DNA from: an uncultured Bacteroidales bacterium
GTDB lineage: Bacteria; Bacteroidota; Bacteroidia; Bacteroidales; UBA1715
Length of the DNA stretch: 64,000 nt
Direction: 5' to 3'
Assembly (NCBI GenBank): GCA_937892155.1
Contig: CALAUG010000032.1
Coordinates: 1,517 to 65,516, forward strand
Shown: piece by piece, positions 20,549 to 30,945 of the stretch
How positions within the stretch are numbered: position 1 is the stretch's first letter
Layout: every line of letters starts with the position of its first letter
Made by a program: the position numbers and the translations under genes
Notes under the pieces: model-generated
Database searches by the model: none
Told to the model about the DNA's origin: nothing
Seen by the model: the letters and a program-made list of their open reading frames with translations, nothing else

Positions 20549-20884
20549 ATGGCAGAATTAGAGGAAAATACAACTAAAAAAATTACTTGGGACGACATAC
20601 GCAGTAAGTTCACAAGTAAGAACATCATCATCGCCATTTTCGTGTTTTTTTTCATTTGGGTTACATTTCTTGACCAAAACAGCCTAATAAAACGCTATCA
20701 AATCATTCAGGAACAAAAAGAACTCATTAATACCAGAAACGACTATCAAAAGAAAATAAAAGAAACTCAAACCGAAATTGAAGCACTCAACACAAAAGAT
20801 TATATAGAAAAAATTGCACGTGAAAAACATCTCATGAAAAAAGAAAACGAAGACGTGTACATTGTAACAACTCCAAATAAATAA
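20549..20884 (+). CDS. septum formation initiator (FtsB/DivIC-like)
   Basis: A single TM (IIIAIFVFFFIWVTFL) followed by a coiled coil. ATG at 20549. Confidence 0.6.
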   Translation: MAELEENTTKKITWDDIRSKFTSKNIIIAIFVFFFIWVTFLDQNSLIKRYQIIQEQKELINTRNDYQKKIKETQTEIEALNTKDYIEKIAREKHLMKKENEDVYIVTTPNK

Positions 20885-20886
20885 TT

Positions 20887-21393
20887 ATGGCATTCAAACA
20901 CATCTCTCCACTTGAAATACAAGAAAACGCGGGTAAAATCATAGGTAAAGACTATATGCTTGTAACTGCAGGAACGAAAGACAAAAGCAACTGTCTTACT
21001 GCCAGCTGGGGTGGCTTGGGATTTATGTGGAACAAGCCTGTTGCGTGCATTGTTATACGTCCTCAGCGGTACACTAAAGAATTTATTGACAGAGAAGAAT
21101 ATTTCACACTATCTTTTTTTGAAGATTCATTCAAACCAATGTTTGCTATATGCGGTTCAAAAAGCGGTAGAGATATAGATAAAATCAAAGAATGCAACCT
21201 CACTCCTTTTGAAACCACAAACGGCTCTATTGCCTACGAACAAGCAAGACTCATTCTTGAATGTAGGAAACTTTATGCAGCACCTTTTTGCACAGAGAGT
21301 TTCATAGACAAATCGATGTTAGTAAACTATAAAGACGGAGACTTCCACGTACAGTATATTGCTGAAATAACAGACTGCTTGATTAGAGATTAG
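20887..21393 (+). CDS. flavin reductase-like FMN-binding split-barrel protein
   Basis: The length and the pattern (LVTAGTKDKSNCLTASWGGLG) are typical of this family. Confidence 0.65.
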   Translation: MAFKHISPLEIQENAGKIIGKDYMLVTAGTKDKSNCLTASWGGLGFMWNKPVACIVIRPQRYTKEFIDREEYFTLSFFEDSFKPMFAICGSKSGRDIDKIKECNLTPFETTNGSIAYEQARLILECRKLYAAPFCTESFIDKSMLVNYKDGDFHVQYIAEITDCLIRD

Positions 21394-21560
21394 TGAAGTA
21401 ATAAAGGTGAAGCTACGATTCATCTTTTTGAATATTGTTTTGTTTTTCTTCTCTTTATTTCGTTTTGTTATATACTTCATATTTTATTGTCACAAAACGC
21501 ACTTTTTTAATCCATTCATAGATTCTTTTTCATATTTTTGCGGCAACCAATCTAAACAAT

Positions 21561-23504
21561 ATGAAAAAGCTTTTAGCCGCAAGTTTCGTGGCATTACTCT
21601 GTTTTCAACACGTTCATGGACAAAGCACAGAATACTACATCACGAGCGATTTAACCGTCAACAAATCGTTGACCATCAATTCCGACTGCATAATTGCAAA
21701 TGGAGCGACACTCATCAACAAGTCGCACATCAGCATAAACGGAACATTGTACATCAACGGGAAACTTACAAACGATGGAACAATTACTGCAACAAATTGT
21801 GTAATCAACAATGGCGAAATTTTTTCAACTGAATACAACAAACTACTCGTCAACGAGCAACTCCATTTTTCAAATGCACGCACTGCATCAAACGACACAA
21901 CGCACATTGTAACATTTGAGGCAAGCGAAACGTACATAGACGACTACACCACCATGGAATCGGCTGAACTGACAACTGGAAATTTAATATTAAACGACAC
22001 ATTGGAATATACAGGAAAACTGGGTGTGAAAAGCGTATTGCACGATTTCATAATCAATGGGAAAGGATTTTTACTGAACACAGACAACGAAAATATCCGT
22101 TTGTATGGCGACGCCTACAATTTTTCGGATATTCCATGCAGGAAAGCAAATTTTGAACTATTCGGATTGGACAACAAGATATACGGAGATTTTTCCTGTT
22201 ACCGATTTGATTTGTCCCCAGAAGCAACATACACAAACCACGGCAACCTAACTGTTACAGAGACATTCCCGACATCTGGAAAGCTTATACAAGCTGAAAA
22301 TGCAACCCTCACAATCAATACCACGACATCACCTGAGATTATTGCAAATGCAACAGGCAATACTATCACATTCACCAGAGGAGGACTACAATATTTGAAC
22401 GTAGAAGAATGCTACAATTTAACCATTTCTAAAAATGGAGAAAACAATCTCCAACTGACCCGCAACACTAAAATAACAAACTCACTAACGCTCAACAAGA
22501 AAAGCTTTGTCGACTGCGACAAATTCAATCTCATTTTTCCGAATGCAGATGAATCTTCCATTATTAGCAGCAACAGCAATGGAATTATTCTCAACAATGG
22601 CACAATCACATTCAACAATCTTGCAGACAGCAAGACCATTGATATTCCAATCTATTCCAACGACGCAAAATTTTGTGGAATTGAAATCACCAATTTATCC
22701 CAATCACCAACGAATATAACTATTGACAGTCTTTTTCAGTTTGTTACCCATCAGGGACATTCTCGAGGTACGCCGTATGATTTCGAATTTGTAAACACGA
22801 CCTGGCACATTTCTTCCGACTGTCAAGCTGCAGAAATTACATTTTCATGGGACGATGAAAACGAACTACCTTTTTTTGACGAAAACAACAGCAATGTCTA
22901 TCATTTTGAACAAGGAAAATGGATAAACACCGAGGCAACGACAAGCGGCAACACCGCTACCGCATTTTTTTCTGCAGATGGTTATTTCAGCATCGGCAAC
23001 GACGTCATTATTTTACCCATACACATTTCTAATTTTTCTTGTACGTCATACGAAAACTACAATAAAATTTATTGGACAAGAGAATCTGGATTTGACAAAG
23101 AACTTGAATTGGAAAAATCTATTGACGGCCTACATTTCTTTAGCCTAAAAAATTACAAGAATTCAAAAGAGCAACTGTATGAATACGAAGATTTTGACGT
23201 GCAAACTGCGAAAACAATATACTACCGTCTCTGCGAAACAGACAAAAACGGCATACAGGAATATTCTTCCATTATCTGCGCGACAAGCCAAAATTCAGAT
23301 AACATAGTCATTAGCGGCAACACTCTACGATACAACAGTCTTGATGAACCACGTTCCATCAAAATGTACGACTTATCGGGGAAGCTACTATATGAAACGC
23401 GCAACAACCCACTGAATATCAATCAAATAAAACAAGGAATATATATCCTTCACATAGAGACAGAAAATATTGAGAAAATATTCAAAGTCACCATTCATTT
23501 TTAG
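21561..23504 (+). CDS. T9SS-secreted surface protein, unknown function
   Basis: Signal peptide MKKLLAASFVALLCFQHVHGQ, an N/T-rich beta-rich body, and a C-terminal sorting domain (IKMYDLSGKLLYE...GIYILHIETE...KVTIHF). Confidence 0.75.
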   Translation: MKKLLAASFVALLCFQHVHGQSTEYYITSDLTVNKSLTINSDCIIANGATLINKSHISINGTLYINGKLTNDGTITATNCVINNGEIFSTEYNKLLVNEQLHFSNARTASNDTTHIVTFEASETYIDDYTTMESAELTTGNLILNDTLEYTGKLGVKSVLHDFIINGKGFLLNTDNENIRLYGDAYNFSDIPCRKANFELFGLDNKIYGDFSCYRFDLSPEATYTNHGNLTVTETFPTSGKLIQAENATLTINTTTSPEIIANATGNTITFTRGGLQYLNVEECYNLTISKNGENNLQLTRNTKITNSLTLNKKSFVDCDKFNLIFPNADESSIISSNSNGIILNNGTITFNNLADSKTIDIPIYSNDAKFCGIEITNLSQSPTNITIDSLFQFVTHQGHSRGTPYDFEFVNTTWHISSDCQAAEITFSWDDENELPFFDENNSNVYHFEQGKWINTEATTSGNTATAFFSADGYFSIGNDVIILPIHISNFSCTSYENYNKIYWTRESGFDKELELEKSIDGLHFFSLKNYKNSKEQLYEYEDFDVQTAKTIYYRLCETDKNGIQEYSSIICATSQNSDNIVISGNTLRYNSLDEPRSIKMYDLSGKLLYETRNNPLNINQIKQGIYILHIETENIEKIFKVTIHF

Positions 23505-23573
23505 ACGAATTGTATTGGTCACAATGTATTTGATATCAATTTAAATGATATATTTGCAAACAAATTTGTTTGT

Positions 23574-24347
23574 ATGAAAAAAGGTATCATTTTTTCTATT
23601 TGTCTTGCTCTGTTAGTAGCAACAAGTTGTACTTCCAGAAAAAACTTGGTTTATATGAACGACCACCCCAAAGGTGACACCGTTATGACATTCAATCAAA
23701 ATGACTTGAGTGTTATTTTGCAGCCAGGTGACGTTGTGTACATCAGAGTGTTGTCTCTTGATAAAGAAACCAGCGCGTTATTCAATCTGGACGTAACCGG
23801 AAGTAACGCGAGCAGCGAAGTTTCAACAGCATTGAAGGGATACACAATTGACAGAGATGGATACATCAGGTTACCTATGATTGATTCCATACACGTCGCA
23901 GGTTTATCAACATTTGCCGCAGAACAAGTGGTTCAAAAAGAGGTTGACAGCTACTTCAAAAACGCAACAGTTATTCTAAAATTATTGAATACTAAAATTT
24001 CAGTATTAGGGGAAGTCAACCGTCCTGGGACATACAGCATTCTCCGCAATAGCATCAACCTTTTTGAAGCTTTAGCGATGGCTGGAGACATCACTGATTA
24101 TGGTGACAGAAAGAGTATTCTTGTAGTTCGTACAATCAACAACGAAAACATTTCTTTCCGAGTCGACCTTACGAAAGAAAGCACAATTTCAACCGAGCAA
24201 TTCTACTTGCTGCCAAACGACATCGTGATTGTTGAACCTCTGCCATTACGGGCATTTCGTTTGAACTCTTCAACAATTTCGTTGGTGTTCAGCGGTTTAA
24301 CAACATTAGTAACGACATTGACATTCTTCCGTACAGTACTTAAATAA
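23574..24347 (+). CDS. polysaccharide export protein (Wza-like, SLBB domain)
   Basis: Lipobox LVATSC, motifs ILQPGDVVYIRV and VLGEVNRPGTY, and an SLBB-like segment. Confidence 0.85.
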   Translation: MKKGIIFSICLALLVATSCTSRKNLVYMNDHPKGDTVMTFNQNDLSVILQPGDVVYIRVLSLDKETSALFNLDVTGSNASSEVSTALKGYTIDRDGYIRLPMIDSIHVAGLSTFAAEQVVQKEVDSYFKNATVILKLLNTKISVLGEVNRPGTYSILRNSINLFEALAMAGDITDYGDRKSILVVRTINNENISFRVDLTKESTISTEQFYLLPNDIVIVEPLPLRAFRLNSSTISLVFSGLTTLVTTLTFFRTVLK

Positions 24348-24354
24348 AAAACTT

Positions 24355-26766
24355 ATGGCTAACGAAATAAACAACGAAGAATTAGACGAAGAAATAGACA
24401 TCATTGCCTACGTTAGACTATTACTTTCGAAATGGTACTGGATTGTCCTTTCCTGTATCATTTGTGGCTTCATCGCGTTTTTTGTAAACCGCTATGCAAC
24501 AAAAGAATTTGAGGCAAGTTCATCCATAATGATTGTTGAAAAAGAAGATGCTCTGGGTAGTATGAGCTCCATTTTACAAGATTTTGGTTCTACGAAAGGA
24601 GGCAAAGCCAATATAGACAACCAAATCGGCATTCTTCAATCGTATTCGTTGGTACGACAGACTTTGGAGAAATTAGACTACAGAATTTCGTATTTCAACC
24701 ATGGTCGTATACACGATGTTGAGATTTATAAAGCCTCACCGTTCTGGGTTGATTTGGACACGAGTTATTTTGACTACGACAACCCTAAGGTATACCAAAA
24801 AGAATTTATTGACGTAAAAATTATTTCCGACGACGAATATCGCCTAACTATTGAACGCGATTCTATTACAATCACGAAGTATATGGTTTGGGGGGAAGAA
24901 TATAAAGATTCCATTTATAAATTCACCCTCCGCAAAGATGAGAATTTCGATATGGACGATTTTAAAGACAATCGTCTGGAATTCCGCTTCCTCATCAACG
25001 ACTATAACTCGTTAACGAAACAATATCAAAAGAATCTTGTTGTTGAAGCTAAATCCAAGCAAGGTACCTTTGTCAATATGACCATACGCGACAATGTGCC
25101 GGAGAAGGCAACCGATTTCCTAAACGGATTGGTTGATGTTTGTATAGAACAGGACTTAGAAACTAAAAACGAGACGTCACGCAAATCGGAAATGTTCATT
25201 AATGAGCAATTGAATCAAATTACCGATTCGCTCATGTTTGCAGAATCTAATTTGGAAGAATTCCGTTCCAACAACAAAATTGTCAATTTGAGTGATGAAG
25301 GTTCGTTACTGTATAAAAAACTTGAAGAACAGGAGAAAAACAAATCTCAACTCGACATCAGCCTTAAATACTACAACTACATTCTTCGTTCCATACAAAC
25401 AAACGACATTCAGGACATAAAAATGCCATCAATCACTGGCATTGACGACCCATTGCTAAAATCACTTATTTCTCAGTTGAATGAGCTCTATACCGAAAAA
25501 CAAGTGCTTATGTATAGTGCCACTCCTGACAACCCGAGTCTGAAAATTGTCAACATGAAAATTGACCAGACAATTACCTCACTTGTGGACAATGTCAATA
25601 GTTTGATTGAGTCAACAAAACTTGAAATCAATGAGGTTAAGAAGGAAATAGAAAAGACAGATCAGGATATTCAACAACTGCCAAGCACGGAGCGCGAATT
25701 AATCAGCATACAACGTAAATTCGATGTTAACAACACTGTGTACAGTTTCTTGCTTCAAAAACGCGCAGAAATTGGTCTGACCAAGGCTGCAAACATTTCC
25801 GACATCAGAATTATTGATTCTGCACGTGCCGAAAATGCAAAACAGTCGTTCCCACAAATGAAACTATTACTATTGATTGCATTATTCCTTGGCATTGGTA
25901 TTCCATGTGCAATTATTATCCTTGTGAACTACTTGGATAACACAATCAAAGAAAAAAGCGATGTTGAAAGCAAGACACAAATTCCTATTATCGGAACTAT
26001 TTTACATAACCATTATACCGACAAAATTCCGGTTAAAACAAAGCCAAAATCATCTATCGCAGAATCATTCCGCGCGATTCGTTCTAATCTTGCATTTTTC
26101 CTGAAAGATACTTCGAAGACGAACGTCATTGCATTAACATCTACTATTTCGGGTGAAGGAAAATCATTTTGTGCTCTAAACCTTGCAGCCATTTTGTCGC
26201 TTATCAACAAAAAAGTATTGATTATCGGATTGGATTTACGAAAACCTCGTTTGGCTGAAATGATTAATGTATCCAATAATATTGGAGTAACAACACATTT
26301 AATTGGTAAAGATTCGTTAGACGATGTTATACTTCATACAGATGTTCAAAATCTTGACGCTATCGTTGCTGGTCCAATACCTCCGAACCCTGCAGAATTA
26401 ATTGAAAGCCCTGAATTTGATACATTTATGAAAGAATGTATCAACAAGGGATATGATTACGTCGTTCTTGATACACCGCCTATTGGTTTAGTTGCCGATA
26501 CCATCGCGATAGCAAAATATGCGGAATGCAACATATTCGTTATGCGACAAAGGTATACGTCTAAAAATTCTATTACGCTCGCAAATTCACTTTATAAAGA
26601 CCAACAGGTTGCGAATTTGAGTATTTTGTTAAATGATATAGAAATTGAGCAGGGATTTGGTTTCGGATATGGAACATACCGTGATAAGAATGCGGGCAAT
26701 GGTTACTATTCCGACGAATATTTGGAAGAAAAGCCTTGGTATAAAAAGATTTTCAAGAAAAAATAA
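24355..26766 (+). CDS. polysaccharide co-polymerase / tyrosine autokinase (Wzc/ExoP-like)
   Basis: Wzz-like N-terminal domain with two TMs, Walker A TSTISGEGKSF, VVLDTPP, and a Tyr-rich tail (GYGTYRDKNAGNGYYSDEY). Confidence 0.85.
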   Translation: MANEINNEELDEEIDIIAYVRLLLSKWYWIVLSCIICGFIAFFVNRYATKEFEASSSIMIVEKEDALGSMSSILQDFGSTKGGKANIDNQIGILQSYSLVRQTLEKLDYRISYFNHGRIHDVEIYKASPFWVDLDTSYFDYDNPKVYQKEFIDVKIISDDEYRLTIERDSITITKYMVWGEEYKDSIYKFTLRKDENFDMDDFKDNRLEFRFLINDYNSLTKQYQKNLVVEAKSKQGTFVNMTIRDNVPEKATDFLNGLVDVCIEQDLETKNETSRKSEMFINEQLNQITDSLMFAESNLEEFRSNNKIVNLSDEGSLLYKKLEEQEKNKSQLDISLKYYNYILRSIQTNDIQDIKMPSITGIDDPLLKSLISQLNELYTEKQVLMYSATPDNPSLKIVNMKIDQTITSLVDNVNSLIESTKLEINEVKKEIEKTDQDIQQLPSTERELISIQRKFDVNNTVYSFLLQKRAEIGLTKAANISDIRIIDSARAENAKQSFPQMKLLLLIALFLGIGIPCAIIILVNYLDNTIKEKSDVESKTQIPIIGTILHNHYTDKIPVKTKPKSSIAESFRAIRSNLAFFLKDTSKTNVIALTSTISGEGKSFCALNLAAILSLINKKVLIIGLDLRKPRLAEMINVSNNIGVTTHLIGKDSLDDVILHTDVQNLDAIVAGPIPPNPAELIESPEFDTFMKECINKGYDYVVLDTPPIGLVADTIAIAKYAECNIFVMRQRYTSKNSITLANSLYKDQQVANLSILLNDIEIEQGFGFGYGTYRDKNAGNGYYSDEYLEEKPWYKKIFKKK

Positions 26767-27731
26767 TGTCAAGCAAACTCCGCATAGTATATATGGGCAA
26801 TCCCGATTTTGCGGTGATGCCTTTGCAATATTTGCTTGAACACAACTACAATGTCGTTTCGGTTGTTACAGGTATAGACAAACCTGCAGGACGAGGTAAA
26901 AAACTAAACGAATCTGCTGTAAAAGTGTATGCGAAAGAGCACAACTTGCCAATTTTGCAACCAGAATCGTTAAAGTCAGAAGACTTTCTCCAAAAATTGA
27001 GAGATTTACAGATTGACCTCATTGTTGTCGTTGCTTTTAAAATGCTTCCCAAAGTTGTCTGGCAAATTCCCACAATCGGAACCATCAACATTCATGCGTC
27101 ACTTCTACCACAATATAGAGGTGCAGCTCCTATTAATTGGGCAATCATCAACGGAGAGACAAAAACTGGCGTGACAAGTTTTCTCATAAACGAAGTCATA
27201 GATACGGGTAATATTTTACTGCAACAAGAAGTTGCCATTACCGACGACGAAACTGTCGGTACGCTGCACGACAAGCTGCAGGTTGCTGGCTCCGAATTAT
27301 TAATACAAACCTTGGAATTACTTGAACGCGGTGAACAACAAGGCATAGCGCAAGAAACTTTGTTTTCCAACGAAGACGAATTAAAACCAGCACCAAAAAT
27401 TTTCAAAGAAACCTGTAAAATTAACTGGAGCGAAAATTCGCAAAAAATAAACAATATTATTAGAGGTTTTTCTCCATATCCCGGTGCATGGACTGTGATT
27501 TCGAAAGACGATACTAATCTGGTATTCAAAATATTTTCTGCAAAAATTGTGTGTGAACAACACAACTATAAGCCAGGCGAAATAATTGTTCATAAAAATA
27601 ATTCTATTTCAATTGCTACACTAGATGGATTCATCCAACCAATTGAGATTCAATTAGAAGGAAAGAAACGAATGAACATTCAGGATTTTTTACGTGGATT
27701 TGCCTTCGAAGGTGCAAGAATCTTGAATTAA
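26766..27731 (+). CDS. fmt: methionyl-tRNA formyltransferase
   Basis: HASLLPQYRGAAPINWAI motif and a C-terminal Fmt domain. Start overlaps the upstream stop by 1 nt. Confidence 0.9.
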   Translation: MSSKLRIVYMGNPDFAVMPLQYLLEHNYNVVSVVTGIDKPAGRGKKLNESAVKVYAKEHNLPILQPESLKSEDFLQKLRDLQIDLIVVVAFKMLPKVVWQIPTIGTINIHASLLPQYRGAAPINWAIINGETKTGVTSFLINEVIDTGNILLQQEVAITDDETVGTLHDKLQVAGSELLIQTLELLERGEQQGIAQETLFSNEDELKPAPKIFKETCKINWSENSQKINNIIRGFSPYPGAWTVISKDDTNLVFKIFSAKIVCEQHNYKPGEIIVHKNNSISIATLDGFIQPIEIQLEGKKRMNIQDFLRGFAFEGARILN

Positions 27732-27825
27732 AGTTACTTTTCAACAATCATCAAACAACGGCGTGTTTATATTTTAGACTTTGCCAAATGGTAGAGTTGC
27801 TTATTTTTGTATAAAAATTTTAGCG

Positions 27826-29394
27826 ATGGCAAATACAAATAATCAAAGGGAAAAAATCATAAAAATTGATTTCGCTGGAAAAATTCCGCCTCACTCAGCT
27901 ATTCTGGAAGAAACTGTCCTGGGACAGTTAATGATTAGCGAAGATGCATATTCTGACGTTATGAACTTACTGAAGAAAGAAGTCTTTTTTGTTCCAAAAC
28001 ATCAGGATATTTTCCAAGCTATGGAAGATATTGCCAAAGCAAATGCTCCTATCACATTGGTTACAGTGATAGAAAAACTGCAGGAAAACGAAAAACTTGA
28101 AGGTGTTGGCGGCACGTCGTTCATTTCGGAACTAACAATGAAAGTGTCGTCTGCTGCAAATATTGAATACAACGCGAAACTGCTCGTTCAGAAACAAATA
28201 CAACGAGATTTAATCAAAGCATCCGCTATTATAACGGATAAAGCCTACGATCCAGCTTGTCAGCTGAACGAATTGACAGACCTTGCAGAAAAAGAAATCA
28301 TAAAAGTAACAGACAAGAACCTACAGAAAAGGCAAATAGTTGACATTAAAGACGCAGCAAACGATGTATTCCAGCACGTTCTCATTGCAAGAGACGCAAA
28401 GAGAGACCTCACTGGCGTACCGACTGGTTTTTCAGGTCTTGACCGTATTACGTCGGGCTGGCAACCTGGCAACATGATTGTCTTAGCTGCACGTCCAGGT
28501 ATGGGAAAAACTGCATTCGTACTTTCTATGATTCTCAACATGTCGAAACTGGCCGACACAACACATCCACAAGGCTACCCCGTTGGCATGTTCTCTTTGG
28601 AAATGAGCTGCGAACAATTGGCCACCCGTTTACTTGTAGGAGAATCAAGAATAGAACAAATAAAACTTCAAAAAGGTGCCATTAATGATACCGAATTGGA
28701 ACGATTATCAAATGTAAGAGATGCTTTGTCACAAGCGCCAATATACTTAGACGATACTCCAGGACTAAATATATATGAATTCCGTTCAAAATGCCGCCGA
28801 ATGAAAGAACGCTATAAAGTTGAATGTATCATAGTTGATTACCTACAATTGATGAGTGCCGGAAGTTCACTTCCACGTGAACAAGAAGTAAGTACCATTT
28901 CACGACAAATAAAATCAGTTGCGATGGAATTAAAGGTTCCCATTATTGCACTATCACAGTTGAACCGTGGTGTTGAAGGACGTACCGGTACCGACAAACG
29001 TCCACGTCTATCCGACTTGCGTGAATCGGGAGCCATAGAACAGGATGCCGATATGGTTATGTTCATCCACCGTGAATCGAAAGCTACGGGACAAACAACC
29101 GACAAAGATGGTAACGACATAACGAGAGATGCACAAATTATTATTGCCAAGAACAGACATGGTTCCAGCGGCGACGTGAATTTGGAATTCATTGGTGAAT
29201 ACATGAAATTCCAAGATCCTGCAACAAGTCCTACGAATCCAAATGCATTTAAATTTCAGACGGACGAAGGAGATAGTGCCATCGATGTGCCATCTTCTTT
29301 AGGAAACAGCAACATGTCGTTGTTTGAACGGACACCACAAGATACAGGATCACCATTTTCTAATGCTGGACTATCAAACACAGAAGCTTTTTGA
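27826..29394 (+). CDS. dnaB: replicative DNA helicase
   Basis: PPHSAILEETVLG N-terminal motif, Walker A ARPGMGKTAF, DYLQLM, and SQLNR. ATG at 27826. Confidence 0.95.
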   Translation: MANTNNQREKIIKIDFAGKIPPHSAILEETVLGQLMISEDAYSDVMNLLKKEVFFVPKHQDIFQAMEDIAKANAPITLVTVIEKLQENEKLEGVGGTSFISELTMKVSSAANIEYNAKLLVQKQIQRDLIKASAIITDKAYDPACQLNELTDLAEKEIIKVTDKNLQKRQIVDIKDAANDVFQHVLIARDAKRDLTGVPTGFSGLDRITSGWQPGNMIVLAARPGMGKTAFVLSMILNMSKLADTTHPQGYPVGMFSLEMSCEQLATRLLVGESRIEQIKLQKGAINDTELERLSNVRDALSQAPIYLDDTPGLNIYEFRSKCRRMKERYKVECIIVDYLQLMSAGSSLPREQEVSTISRQIKSVAMELKVPIIALSQLNRGVEGRTGTDKRPRLSDLRESGAIEQDADMVMFIHRESKATGQTTDKDGNDITRDAQIIIAKNRHGSSGDVNLEFIGEYMKFQDPATSPTNPNAFKFQTDEGDSAIDVPSSLGNSNMSLFERTPQDTGSPFSNAGLSNTEAF

Positions 29395-30650
29395 TGAAGA
29401 AATTGCTTTCCATAGTTTTTGTAGCACTCATCTGCCAACAAGCTGCAGCTTTTGGTTTTTTGATTCCAATGGACAATACCCAAAAGAACCACCTGAAAGC
29501 GTATGGCATCGCCTACTGGGTTCTGCAGAACAACGTAACGATTGACTGGCTGCTCAACTATAGAGGCGGTAGTTTTCTCATTGAATACAATCCCGACATT
29601 AAAAACGAATGTGATATTCGCGGCGTTTCGTACGAAATTATTGCCGACGTAAAAGTTTCGTCCATTTTGGCAGAAGTTTCTTCGGACGATGTAAACATGG
29701 ACGCCGTGAAACTTGAAAAAGCACCGAAAATGGCGGTATATTCTCCCAAAGACAAGCTGCCATGGGACGACGCCGTTACCCTCGCCCTCACCTATGCCGA
29801 AATTCCGTACACGGTGATTTATGATGCGGAAATTATAAAAGGAGAACTATCCAAATACGATTGGCTCCACATGCACCACGAAGATTTTACAGGACAATAC
29901 GGAAAATTTTATGCAAGCTACAAAAACGCACAATGGTATAAAGACCAACAACGAAATGCCGAAGCTGAAGCAAAATCCTTTGGATTTTCCAAAGTGTCGG
30001 ATTTAAAACTTTTTGTGGCAAAAACTATTAAAGCATACGTCGAAAATGGAGGATTCTTATTCGCAATGTGCTCTGGCACAGATTCTTTCGATATTGCCCT
30101 TGCTGCCGAAGGAGTTGACATCTGCGAAAGCATGTTCGACGGTGATCCCGCAGATTCTCAGGCACAATCTAAACTTGATTACTCTAAATGTCTGGCGTTC
30201 CAGAATTTCACCCTGCGAAAAAATCCACTGGAATATGAATATTCCGACATTGATGTAACCGAAAGCCGCAAAGTGAATGAAAATGCTGATTTCTTCACCT
30301 TATTTGAATTCTCTGCGAAATGGGATCCCGTACCGACAATGTTGTGCCAGAATCATACAAACATCATCCGTGGATTTATGGGACAAACTACAGCCTTTAA
30401 CGAAGATTTGCTGAAACCAACAACGACCGTTATGGGTGAACTGAAATCTGCAAAAGAAGCAAAATACATTCACGGAACATTCGGTAAAGGAACGTGGACA
30501 TTCTACGGCGGTCATGACCCCGAAGATTTCCGCCACTACGTCGGTGACGAGCCAACCAATCTCGACAATCATAAAAATTCCGCAGGCTACCGACTCATCC
30601 TCAACAACGTACTCTTCCCTGCAGCAAAAAAGAAAAAACAAAAGACGTAA
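29391..30650 (+). CDS. conserved secreted hypothetical protein
   Basis: Signal peptide MMKKLLSIVFVALICQQAAA and a K-rich tail. A possible nucleophile-elbow-like segment (FLFAMCSG) is tentative. The ATGA overlap with dnaB suggests core, not accessory, status. Confidence 0.55.
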   Translation: MMKKLLSIVFVALICQQAAAFGFLIPMDNTQKNHLKAYGIAYWVLQNNVTIDWLLNYRGGSFLIEYNPDIKNECDIRGVSYEIIADVKVSSILAEVSSDDVNMDAVKLEKAPKMAVYSPKDKLPWDDAVTLALTYAEIPYTVIYDAEIIKGELSKYDWLHMHHEDFTGQYGKFYASYKNAQWYKDQQRNAEAEAKSFGFSKVSDLKLFVAKTIKAYVENGGFLFAMCSGTDSFDIALAAEGVDICESMFDGDPADSQAQSKLDYSKCLAFQNFTLRKNPLEYEYSDIDVTESRKVNENADFFTLFEFSAKWDPVPTMLCQNHTNIIRGFMGQTTAFNEDLLKPTTTVMGELKSAKEAKYIHGTFGKGTWTFYGGHDPEDFRHYVGDEPTNLDNHKNSAGYRLILNNVLFPAAKKKKQKT

Positions 30651-30653
30651 TAG

Positions 30654-30929
30654 GATTTTGGAAGACAAAAGTTAGAAGTAAAACAGACTCGAAAAAATAT
30701 CTCGGTAATAGGAGGAACAATACCTACAATATCGCAAGAAAAAATAATGAATTATGCATTGCCATTATCATCGGTAGATGTACAAAGACAGATAAATTCA
30801 TTCATTGAAAAAAAATGTGAGCCAATTGATGCAGCAATAAAAAATCAAAAAAAACAAATAGTTCTTCTTCAAGAACGTAAACAGATATTGATAAACGAAG
30901 TGGTAACAGGTAAAGTGAAGGTATTATAA
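30654..30929 (+). pseudogene. hsdS: type I restriction specificity subunit (HsdS) C-terminal remnant
   Basis: The frame is open from 30654 (…ISVIGGTIPTISQEKIMNYALPLSSVDVQRQINSFIEKK...LQERKQILINEVVTGKVKVL). This gives the end of a target-recognition domain plus a conserved C-terminal coiled coil. The N-terminal ~300 aa are missing. Confidence 0.6.
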
Positions 30930-30945
30930 TTAAAATTTAACAAAT

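Noticed and set aside
21407-21832. 141-aa plus-strand ORF overlapping the start of the 21561..23504 gene
   Set aside because: It uses an alternative start codon and has a low-complexity F/H/Q-rich product. It overlaps in a different frame a gene that has a clear signal peptide and T9SS domain. The 21394-21560 part is more likely promoter or leader.
27092-27565. 157-aa minus-strand ORF inside fmt
   Set aside because: It is antisense to a confidently identified housekeeping gene and has a Ser/Cys-rich low-complexity product.
30681-30693. AAACAGACTCGAA resembling the T-arm region of tRNA-Gly (AAACGAGACTCGAA), considered as the distal att repeat of the island
   Set aside because: It is only ~13 nt with an indel, does not include the acceptor 3' end, and lies within the hsdS remnant reading frame. 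That is too weak to call an attachment site without a search.
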